A stretch of 64,000 bases of DNA from positions 79,300,001 to 79,364,000 of the forward strand of contig NC_045697.1 in assembly GCF_009834535.1 (NCBI RefSeq), written 5' to 3'. Numbering within the stretch: position 1 is the first letter of the stretch; each line of letters starts with the position of its first letter. The notes under the pieces are model-generated. The model was not told where the DNA came from, searched no databases, and worked only from the letters and a program-made list of their open reading frames with translations. The stretch comes from Camelus ferus. Its lineage: Eukaryota. A program made the position numbers and the translations under genes. Below, one piece after another: positions 51,495 to 62,476 of the stretch.

Positions 51495-54400
51495 GCTCAT
51501 GAAGGTAAATATGCCATCGGCACTGGTCCAGTCTAACTCTTCTTTATTAAAAAGGAGAGAGCAGAGCTATTCATGGGGAGCTGAGACTTAATCTGTTTCC
51601 CCTCCAAGAAGAACAATTTTAAATTACTTGTGTGATGTGTTTGTAGATCCATGATGCCAAAATCAAGAGACACCTTTAAAGACGAGGTAGAAAGGAGGCA
51701 GGTGAAGAAATATAAGTCTCTGAATAAAAGAAATAGTCATCCCCTGCTTGGAGGCAGCTGGAAAGAGAGAATCTTTTCTAAAGTTTTGCTTTTCTTCTCC
51801 CAAAAATGATTGGCTTCTTCTGTTCAATGCAAGTGGTAAATAAAAAACAAGATTGGATTTAAAGCACTGGCAAGTCTTAGACATCAGTGTTAAATATTTG
51901 CCTAGCTTGAGGGATATTTCAGTTGCCTTCCTCACACCTCCAGTTTCCACTGGTAAAGGCAGTTATAAAAGGCAACTTGAAATTTGGTTTCTCCATCTAT
52001 TTTTGAAAATTTACACAGCACTTCTGAGGATATGTCTTCTGAAAATATCCATATCAATATAAAACCGTTAGGGCTTATCCAGAAGTGTTTCTAAAAACAA
52101 ACCTATTGTATTTTATTAAAACTTTGAAAATCAGAGCTAGAAGAGACTTGGGAAATATCTAGTCTTATTAGGTTTCTCAGGCTAAGAGACTTACTCATGA
52201 TCACACAGCAGATCAGTAGCAAAAAGGACTCTCATCAGTTCAGCCTCTTGACTCAATCCAGTGCTCTGGCCTCCCCAGATTGAAAAGTGTCATCACATAC
52301 TCTAAGGAATTAATTAATTATAGGACTTCAGTTAAATGTGTGATTTAACTACGCTGTCCCCTTATAGGCTTGGGTACAACAGGATCAAAAAACACTATCA
52401 CACTGAGTTTTTTCCATAGCGTCCCAGGAATCAATCTACTCTTCAAACTAGCCTCCAGAACCTATGGAAACACCTCAATCACATCCTGGGTAGAATGAGG
52501 CAAACACATAATTATATGTAGGGCTCTCTCAAGAATAGATGTCTTCTTCATTCAAGAAGGGCAGGTACCCAGATAGTGGATGCCCTCCTGCAAAATTGCC
52601 GTCAATCAATAGCACACTATACAAAGAGACTACAGCTCCATATCATTATTTCCCACAAGACAGCAGAAAGGCTGGGTGTGGCCAGTGACAGAACTTTATA
52701 CATGCTTACTCCTACATCAGTAGTATGGAGAAATAAAAATTAAAATTTATTAAAATAAAATAGAGAAAAATGGAGACAAACAACACTGCTTTAAAAACAA
52801 AGAAAGAAGAATAGTGGTATATACTTAAAACTACTGAACAATACACTCAAAAATGGTTAAGATGATTTTTAAAAATCACTCGGGATGGCTATAGACTTTG
52901 AGGCATAAAGCTTTCTTGCACAACAAAAATTAAAAATAAAAATGGCTTTTATAACAGAATCTGCAAGCTATGCAGAGGTGACCCACCATGTTTTACAGAC
53001 TTTTTGTTTTGCTACAAATAAGTTTTACAGTCTTCAAATAAATATATGTCCATATTAATCTAAGTGGGCTGTTATATGCAACAATAATCATCAGATATTA
53101 GTAGCTTTTAACTCACAAAGTTTTTCTTCCTCAGTAATATCCATTGAGTTGAACTGACTCACAACAACCATTGTTCTTCACATAATCACTCAGAAGCCCA
53201 ACCAGCTATGCTATTTTGGCCTCACCATCTCAAGAGAAGAGGAAGATAGAGACCAGAGATGGAGCCCCACTCTACTGTAAGGGGCCTGAGCTTGCACCTT
53301 CGGGTTGGAACATCAGATACTGGTGGAGACTAGAAATGTCCTCCAACCTATCCAGCAGCAGAATCTTGTCTTGATGGAATGAAATGAAATCACAGGCTTT
53401 GAATAAGAGTTCCAGAGTAGGATACAGATAGTACCAATGAAATTCTGTTTCCTAGAACATAAAGGAATATTGCCTAGTGTATATAAGCCACTCTCAGGAC
53501 AAAAAATAGTCCTTCTCAAACAGTGATGCAGTGCTGAAGGGCGATGGCTGAAGGTTGTGACTGTTACAGACTCTGAGACACAGTGAAGATACCATGTGGT
53601 GTAATCATAGCTATCTGGTTTAATGTTAGTAGGAGACTCCTAATCTCTTCAAATATGCTATCAAAATTCTAAAGTGTGTCATGAATACCAAAAAGTTGAG
53701 AAGCCTAACATTTATGAAAACTCTCCTAGTTCCTTGCAAAAGATCTTGTAACATCACTTACTTTGCTGGGGTAGAAAAAGGGAGACATTGAAGAAAATTG
53801 AACTTCGGTATCTTTTCAGTGGAAAGATACAGAACTAGGAATCATCTGGAGAGCTATGACCAGTAGCTGTCAATGTAGGCATTTGCTCCAGCCTGCTTTG
53901 TAATGTATTATCACCATTGTTATCTTATACACGTTGTTATCAAAGACGTGAGTACCCGAGAGTTTCAGAATAATGTGAAGGTGAAGTGGGTACCTCTGGC
54001 CAGTGCCTTCATCAGTTCAGCTTCATCTTCTGTGATTTGAAATGATTTTACTCTGGGAAAACTCTCGGAAGTTTACACAACTCTCCCTGGTGTAGGGGAG
54101 CAGAACAGTCTAACATTGCAGAACAGTTTTGCCCAAATAGAACTTAATCCTATTTAAATTATTTGCTTACAGAAAAATAAGACTCAGTGTTCGCTACACT
54201 CTTTCTGATACTTCCCAGACTGAAGATGTCAGATGGCCTCTCCTAGGTCTACTGAAAATGACAGAAACTTTCTTTGCAAAGCCACCACAAGCTCTACTGG
54301 CAAGGCTTTACTGTGCAGTGCCCATGTGGCAGATATAGTGAAACATTTCCTTCTAATTCAAGAGAAACACTGGATTTGAACCCAACACTTTTATTTGCTT

Positions 54401-55739
54401 TACTGCCCTATCAGCAAAATCGTGTTTTCTTTGTCTATGCCAAGGTGCTGCCATGGCAATTTTGAGAGTTAAGGAAGATATTCTTAGTTTAGATAGGCTT
54501 GATTCAAAAAACATTTTTGATCATGTCCTAGGCACTCTAATATAAAAGAAGTATTAAAGTATTAATACAATACTTATCTAAAGTTTATGGTTAGACTTTC
54601 CTCCACATAGTTTCAAAGGTATGTTCAAGGTTTTACCTCATTTGATTTCTTTTCCAAATTATCTGGAAAATAAGGCAAAATGAAAATCATATCTTCACAT
54701 TGAATCAATCTTCTTGTATATGTTCACATGAACTGTTTCAATATATGTAAAAGGTAGAAAAAAACACAAAATCAAAGTTATTCCAGAATTCCTCACTTTT
54801 TAATTATTTCAGTGCATGGCAAGATTTATGTCTTATAGAAAGAAAGCAAGCCCGTGGGGTTACTCTTTTGTCACAGTGGCACTAGTTTGGCTTCTTTCTG
54901 CTATTCTTATACCAGGGAGGCAATAAACCCCCTTGAGAGTCATAGAGCTGCCTGTGGAGCCCTGACAGCGCAGAGAAGCTTTTATACCAAAACACAATGC
55001 ACAAAGAGATCATAAACACATTTGAAAAGGAAGATGACCTCTTTGTCACAAGGAATTAGGCTTTATTGCAAGCTGCTCCCATGGAAACCAGCCCCCAGTT
55101 TTCTCTGCTTATTTTGTAGGTTCCTGTCTGCATTTAACGTAGACTTCAGCACTTTAACTTAATTGTTTCTAGATGAAGATAGCTGAAAGTCTTCAGCTCT
55201 TTGCTCCATTGTTTAACGTCTCCAGGTATGCTTCCAGGTCCTGGAGTGAAAGGAAACGAAGGTGATGATAGAATCATTAGAAAGGAAGGAGAAATTAAGG
55301 AAAATACTGGTGGAACAGTCTGTTCTACAATTCAATAAGATATGTACTTACTGAATCCTTGAAAGCCCAGCTACAGTCCCAACAACCTCTCTTGGAGATG
55401 TGTCCTTTGAAATAACTAACTTTTTGCCTCTTGATTTCTTACACCTACAGTATCTACCAGGTAATGTGACTCGAAAGGGCCCTCAAAATCGAAACAAAAT
55501 TAAAAGTATGTTCCATCGGGAAGAATCTTGGATCCCAAGTCCTTTTGTTTCATAAGAAGTGTGATTTTTGTGAGAAATTTGATATGAATAAAACTGATTG
55601 CTTATACAGTTACAGCCTTGAAAAGAAAAAGGGAAAGATTAAGTTTTTTTGTTAAAGTTGATAATGAGCTAAACAACCCTGAAGCTCTGCATCCAAAGCT
55701 GGTGGGACACCAGAAGAATGGCCTGGGGTCCAGCTCAGT

Positions 55740-58160
55740 AAGATGCGGGAACTCGGAGGAGGGCCAGAGAATGGGACCCTGGTAGCACAGGGACTTCGCG
55801 GATCTTCCTCCTTTCCTGCTTGCATCCCGCCACCTCCCTCCTGGATTCCTGCGCTCTGGTCCCGTGAGGCTGAGCGTTTTCTCCCACAAGTGAAACCTAC
55901 CCAGGGTGGAGGGCAGAGCTGGCACCTGTCCGTTTGCTCAGGCAGCACCGGCCTTTCACATGATGTTCCTAGTCAATAATCCAAGTTGATTTTTCCCCTC
56001 TTCGCGCTTGAGGGGCTAGAGAAGCCAGGTGCGAACGAAAGCAGACAGAACAGGAGCACTCCCATCGCCTTCCCTCCTCCCGCGACCCTGGCACCGAGAA
56101 GGGGGGAAAAAAAGTCATTTATTGTAGCGCACACACCATCAGGATTCTTTCCCACTCCATCCTCCGATTCACGCCACCTTGCAGGAAAATAATAGCTCCG
56201 GACACACTGGCTTTCCCGATCTGTTATTCGGATGACTGAATTTCTTTGCTCCTCTCTCCGGTCGGGGACCATCTGAAACTGCCCTCAAGTTGCGTTCCCA
56301 GGGGACCTCCCCCCTCGCCCGGATTCCAGTCGGGGACCAAAGAGCAGCTCAATTAGGCGTCCTCCGTAAGACGACCCTCATCCAGATTGGATAAACCAAA
56401 CTGGGAAAAGAAAAACGGGTGGGGGATGAGAACAGCTCCTGTAGGCCTCGCCCCTCCTTGGCGTCGGCGGACCCCTGGGGGTGCCCACTGCGAGCCACGT
56501 GAGGAGGCCCCAAGGGAGGAGCACCCCCACCCAAGAGCTTTGGAAAAGAAACTGCCGAGAACAATGAACCCCGAAGGGCAGAGGGAGGTGGAGGAGGGAG
56601 AGAAGCCTAGCCTTCCACCCTCTCCTCATTTTTTTTTTGTTTTGGACATTCTTTAGGTTTAATCATTAAAGTGGATCCTTTAAAGAAAAAAAAAAAAAAA
56701 AAAAAAGGAGCCCTCAGCTTAGCTTCTGACAATCTTCACCACACACTGTCAGCGAAGTGAAAGATCTGGATAGAGCTTTGTTGCTTCACTACCAATAGCA
56801 GACTTGGGGAGACCAAGCCTCCGATTTCTGGCCACATCAAAGCAGTGATTATGCAAATACCCATTTTTTTTAAAGAATAAAATGGAGGGGGAATTATTTA
56901 TCACACAATGAACCCCCTGCCAGGGCGGGAAACAATAGATCAGACCAGATAGCCCTTCTAGCCCCAGGCTGGGGGAGCGGGCAGGGGGCTGTTGGAGCCC
57001 TCACGTTTTATTGGTCTAACCTAATTTCACTAATTCTCTTTTCACACATTTTCTTTTGCAGATTCGGAGGCCGAGACTTTCACGCTCCCGGGAGCGCCCT
57101 GCATTGGCGCGATTCAAGGGCTGCCTGCTTTATTTAATTAATACATTCAAAGCTCGCCTGGGACCCGAGAGCCTGGGGGTGGAGGGAGAGGCCGAGGCCG
57201 GGCGTGTGGAGGAGGCGCTTTTAACGGGTTCCAGGTGTCGATGCCCAGAAGTCACAATCTGCCCAAGGCTGTGCGATGCAGGGAGTGCAGGCGGCGGGCG
57301 GCGGCTCGCTACTCCCAGCCTCTCCAGCGGACACGACCCGGACGCTAGGGTGGGCGCGGCTGAAGCGGGCCTCGGGCCTAGATGCACTTCGCGGGTAACG
57401 GGCCGATTGGACCCTCGCTCCATCCTGGCCAAGGCCTCCTGGGGCCTTCTGACAACCTCGCCTCCACCCGGCCCGCACGCCTCGACCCGGGAGGGCTCCC
57501 ACCGGGCTCCTGCCCCAGTGCGGCCGGGCCCCGGGCGCCCCAGCCTGGGCCTGTGCCCTGGGCCCGCGGCAGGCCCAGCGGTTGGTAGCCCGCCTCTCTG
57601 CTTCCGTTTTTTCTTCCTGTTGGCCTTCAGATGGATTTATTTTAAATCTAGTGAGGGGGAAAAAAATCAGCCTTAACAAGGCCTGGGTACTTCAGGACAA
57701 ATAAATACAACCAGTGCCCGAAGCCTGGAGGCGCCGAAGCGACGCTCCAACCAGGACAAGAGCAGCTCTCGCACCTCTCCGCGCTTAGGTAAACACGCGC
57801 CGCGAGCCCTTGGCGCTGGAAAGAGCTGGCAACTCGGGCGGTTTGGGACTGTTATCAGAAGAACGTCTCCATGGCCTTGCTTGAATCGTCTCTCAGCAGA
57901 CAGCTTCAGAAATAGAATGGCTTGACTCAGATGCCCACGCGCCCGCTTGGCGCAGACACAGACAGCTCGTCACAGGGAGGTCACAACGTGGGGAGGGAAA
58001 TGGATGGAATGGAAGAGCGCCTGTGTTCCCTAGTGCTGAAGCTCCGAGCTGGAGTTCTCATTCCCACAGAGGAGGGGAGAGGACGGCTGGGCCTCAGCCC
58101 ACAGGCTGTGGAGGTTGCAGCGGGCTGGGAAGGAGAATTCCCAACGCGCGAGGCAGAAAG
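55740..58160. promoter_or_regulatory. CpG-rich region 3' of NEUROG2 (island core ~57060-57850), likely enhancer / Polycomb-type island
   Basis: High CpG density with no recognisable coding homology; clustered TCF, octamer and SOX motifs at 56776-56936. Confidence 0.65.
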
Positions 58161-59862
58161 AGCATCACTCTTAACTGCTGAAAGTAATTAGACACCATAA
58201 AAATTAATTGCACCAATTTAGTGTAAAACAAGGTCTTCTGTAGATGGGGAAGAAAAAGCCTGAGATGGCAGGTGGTAGACAGAATTCCTGCCACGTATGT
58301 CATGCTACTGATGTGTAAAGGGACCTGCAAGCTCTCATTGAACGGGTCTCGTCCTGGAGAAATTGTGTGGCGGTAGCTGCTAAACTCAGCTAGGTCTCAG
58401 GTGAAGTTGTAAGCTGTATTACTCTTACTCAAAATTACGATTATTGAACCCTCTCCCTATCTGTGTATCTCCAAATAAGCCGTTAGGGTCATTTGTTTAT
58501 GGGATCCCCTCGCCAACTGAGGTTTCCTGCATTCCTCTGGAAGAGTACCTGCACCTGAGGATTTGCCTCCACAGACCTGTGTCATGAACTGTTCCCTTGG
58601 CAAATTTCCCAGAGAAGCATCCTACAGCCATCACAAGCATCATCATCCCTGAGAGAACAGTTGTTTGGCATTAAAACTGTGATGTCTTAAAGCTCTCCTA
58701 CTGCAACTGCTCTGCTTGCTGGGTTGGCTTCTTGACCACCACAAACATAAATATGAATGTAAGAGAAATATCTCTTTCTCCTCTTATCAGATAATCAAGG
58801 ATGGCTAAGAAAAATACAATCTTTAAACTAGAAGGGGTTTTCCAACAGGTCTCCCATATATCTAGAGATGAAAAACAAATTCTGGGTTGTTTCTTCCTTT
58901 GATAAAAATGGAGTTATTAAGAAATTAAATACTTAGTACTTTCCACATGGATTAAGAGGAGGAGTAGTTTCATATAAACATCTCAGATTTATTATTGCTT
59001 TATGCATAGGAGTGGAGGATTTAGCTCAAACCGGAAGCAGATATGAAATTCATGGGGTAGGGGAGACTGAACAACCAACATTTCTTTGCCCACATGATCT
59101 TTTTCCAGCTTGTGTTGTCCTGGACACCCTCTCCTAAGAGGCTTACATTTAGATTATGGCCAACCTTCACTTGGTCATCTTTGATCCAAGGCCAAAGGTC
59201 ATTCATTTCTGCTTTGGAGATTGATGTGGAAGTTATAGAATTCTGTATCCTGGAGATTAGGAAACCATTTTTGCTTTCTTTTTGAAGCAGTTTTGACTAT
59301 GTAACTGCTTTAACAAAGATTGGATTAGCTACTATGAAATCAGCTTCCAATAATGAATTTATAAATACTCAGTTACATCACAGATGTCAGAGCCAGAAGG
59401 GGCCCTTAGAGATCACTGTCCAATCCCTTTAGTTTACAGATAACTGAAGTCAAAGAAGTGAAATGTAAGAACCAAATTTCTACATACTCTACTAAGAAAT
59501 TTCAACTTCACTGTTTTTTAAAATCAATGTTTCTGTACTTTGGTGCTTATTATGGCAATTATCATTTAAATCCTGTTTTAAAACTAATCTTGTTTGCCCA
59601 GAAATTGAGTTCTTAAAAATCAAATTTTGTTTGTATTGAGACTTACACTTTTATGTCAGTGTTAGTGTATTCAGCCTCCTGTGATTGCTTAGAGTTTATG
59701 TCACTGAAATTGTACACACAAACATTGAGGGAAAATACAATTGCTCTACTCAATTTGATATAGGGAGAATTTCAGAAAAATGCAACTCGTTCTTCTACAT
59801 AAGCAGGAAAAAGTTATAATACGACACACATAAATTATGAAAATTAGATACTGTATTTATAC

Positions 59863-59868
59863 TTTAAT
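59863..59868 (-). terminator. Candidate NEUROG2 poly(A) signal ATTAAA
   Basis: tttaat on +, ~1.1 kb after the stop, at the end of an AU-rich repeat-free 3'UTR-like stretch. Confidence 0.55.
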
Positions 59869-60964
59869 CACATGAACAATTTTCTTGTTCTTCCAAGATG
59901 TAAATACATACTAGAATAAACTCTGTAGAATATACAAAAAATACATACTTTCCCCATGAAAATTTTCTTTATAATAAATAGAAGGAAACACGTGTGTGGC
60001 TGATCCTGATAATGCTCCGTGTCTGCTTAGGTTTTCAGTCTGTTGATTTAATTTTAATCTCTTAAAAGAATGGGGGAGTTCCTTCTCCCCTAAAAGGTCG
60101 AGATAAATAATGCATGAAGCAATCCTCCCTCCTGATTTTTCCCTTTTCCTCCACATTTTTCCTTTTGATAGAGAGTTCAGCCTAAATTTCCACGCTTGCA
60201 TTCAATCATTACAAAGCCTACAAATTATACAATGACTTCTAACCTGGCCCTCTAACAAAACAACTTTTTTCCCCTTATAAATCATAAGAGACAGATGGCA
60301 AAATGGAGAAGAAAAAGGGAAGAGAAGAGCAGGACAATAGGCATTGTGACGAATCTGGGAAACAGAACAAAGTGCACATCAGAGAGAGAAAGTTTGGTTT
60401 GACAGGTGAAATTCCCACAGCCTGCAGAAAGCAATGGGAATAAAGCAGATGCCAGCCATTGCAAATCTGTGGATAATATTATTACCGGTAAAATAATTCA
60501 GATGCTAAGATACGTTTCTTTCTACTCGACATTAACATCTCTATGTAGAAGCAAAGGTGAAGAGATCGCAGGAACCAGTTGCATTCTCCCTGGGAGATTC
60601 ACACGAACTGCACCGAGAGAGGGGAGGAGCGTCAGTCCGCTCTGCACTCTTTAGACATGCCACCTTCATCTCTTCTCAGCATCTTTTTAGACTTAAGGAG
60701 TCTCCCCGCTTCCAAACTCTACCATCCTTTGACAATAAGCTCCATCACACGCTCAATAAATTAGAGCCCATCTGAATGAAGAAAACCCTTAGCCCAGGAA
60801 TGCAACAAACAACCGAGGAATCAGACCGGCTACAACTGCTCTGAAAAGCTAGATGGTTTCCAGGGCGTGGGAGGTGGGGGCAAGAGAGGGTTGGGAGGAA
60901 TGCTTGACTGGGGACAGGAAAGGGAACCCACTAAGGCCTGGCGTGGGTAGAAGAGATGGCGGCT

Positions 60965-61783
60965 CTAGATACAGTCCCTAACTACGGGGAGGTGAGGTGC
61001 GTAGCGGTGTTTGTCGGTAGGTGGAGGCTGCCAATAGTCCATGTCTGAACCCGCCGGGCTGGCAGGAGATAAAGTGCAGCTGTAGGGAGAAGTGGAGTTG
61101 GAGGACGCGGAGGAGGACGGCGCGGGGCTGTTGGTGCAGCTCCACATGGAGGCAGGCGAAGGGCTATCTCCGCTGCTGCTCAGGCCGGCGCTAGCGCCTC
61201 CTGGGCTCAGCAACACCGTCTCGGAGAAGAGCGCCCCCGGCAGGCCTCCCCCGGCGCCCCCGCAGTGGTCGGCCAGGCGCAGGGTCTCGGTGAGCGCCCA
61301 GATGTAGTTGTGGGCAAAGCGCAAGGTCTCGATCTTGGTGAGCTTGGCGTCCTCGGGGAAAGTGGGGAGCACCTCACGCAGAGCGTCCAGCGCCGCGTTG
61401 AGGTTGTGCATGCGGTTGCGCTCGCGGTTGTTGGCCTTCAGTCTACGGGTCTTCTTGATGCGTTGCACCGTCTCGGCCGTTTTGGCTCCACGGGAAACAG
61501 CCCGCGCCCTAGACGGGCGCCGTTTGCACTCGTGCACCAGACCCAGTAGCCGTGTGGGCCGACAGCCCTCGGCTCCGCCCGGCGAGCCGCCCCGCGCCGT
61601 GGGCCCGGCCTCTGCCGCACGCTGCCGACGCGCCCCGCCCGACTCGCCCAGCTCCTCCTCTTCTTCCTCGTCGGCGCTGGAAGACTGCGGGGTCAGAGCA
61701 GCCGAGGCGGGGGAGGTCGAGCCGAGCAGCACCAGCACGTCCTCTTCCTCCTTCAACTCCAAGCTCTCGGATTTGACAAACAT
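60965..61783 (-). CDS. NEUROG2: Neurogenin-2, proneural bHLH transcription factor, 272 aa, single coding exon
   Basis: [20 protein letters not shown]...[57 protein letters not shown]...[15 protein letters not shown]...RDCI*; ATG one base after a ctccag|G acceptor. Confidence 0.99.
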   Translation of the reverse strand: MFVKSESLELKEEEDVLVLLGSTSPASAALTPQSSSADEEEEEELGESGGARRQRAAEAGPTARGGSPGGAEGCRPTRLLGLVHECKRRPSRARAVSRGAKTAETVQRIKKTRRLKANNRERNRMHNLNAALDALREVLPTFPEDAKLTKIETLRFAHNYIWALTETLRLADHCGGAGGGLPGALFSETVLLSPGGASAGLSSSGDSPSPASMWSCTNSPAPSSSASSNSTSPYSCTLSPASPAGSDMDYWQPPPTDKHRYAPHLPVVRDCI

Positions 61784-62119
61784 CCTGGAGAAGAGAGGTA
61801 GGGAGAAAGAACAAAATGAGATGTAAATATAAAAGTAGAGGCACGTTATTGGTGCGCGCACCCGAGAAGATTGGCTCTGAACGGCGCCAAGGAGAAGCGT
61901 AGTTAGGGAGGAAACCCCGCCAGGGATCTCCAAGCTCAGGAGCGCCCCTCGTTGTGACCCCATCGCCGGCCAGCTAGGTCCCGAATTCAGCGGGCTGTTC
62001 CCGAGAAGGGACTGAGGCCCCGCGACAAAGAGTCCGCGCGAGCAAAGGGCGTTCAGTTGTGGTGGGACAGAGTGCAGGAAACACCCTTACAAGTTGGAAG
62101 CCGCAGCGCGGATACTTAC

Positions 62120-62444
62120 TTAGTTCGCTTTGTGTGCCTCGGCGTCGCTCTTACTTTGGCGTGTGCCGTGATTCTCCACGCAGCCGGGAGCGCAGCGCTG
62201 CTCCTTCTGCCCGCTTGGAAGCAGCGGGTCTGGCGCTACTGCAGCGCGGCTCCGCAGGGGACCGCTCCGACGGGCGAGTTTGCCAAGAGCCCCGGCGGCC
62301 GCGGCGACCTGCCCGGGTCTCGTGTGTTGTGGTGGTGGTGCGTGTCTGTCTGTCAGTCAGTCCCCGGCCGTGCGGCTCCTGGCACGCGACTCCCAGGCAC
62401 TCCAGTTAAAGCGAAGCTGCTTGTGGTTCAGTGGCTGCGTGTCT
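62120..62444 (-). other. NEUROG2: NEUROG2 non-coding exon 1 (5'UTR); intron 61785-62119
   Basis: Minus-strand donor AA|GTAAGT at 62119-62114, acceptor AG at 61786-61785 with a pyrimidine tract; no uATG; 5' end estimated ~25-30 nt from the TATA box. Confidence 0.8.
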
Positions 62445-62469
62445 GGCACACGACTCTCCTTAAAACCCC

Positions 62470-62476
62470 TTATATA
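62470..62476 (-). promoter_or_regulatory. NEUROG2 TATA box (TATATAA)
   Basis: ttatata on + strand, an AT island in a GC-rich promoter, correctly spaced from exon 1. Confidence 0.75.

Noticed and set aside
57056..57679. 206-aa and 152-aa ORFs in the CpG island
   Set aside because: GC-rich, stop-poor sequence with Pro/Arg/Gly low complexity and no known domain; kept only as a possible non-coding exon.
60965..61963. 332-aa ORF as the canonical NEUROG2 CDS
   Set aside because: The first 60 codons lie in the intron; the canonical start is the ATG at 61783. The extension is listed only as a hypothesis.
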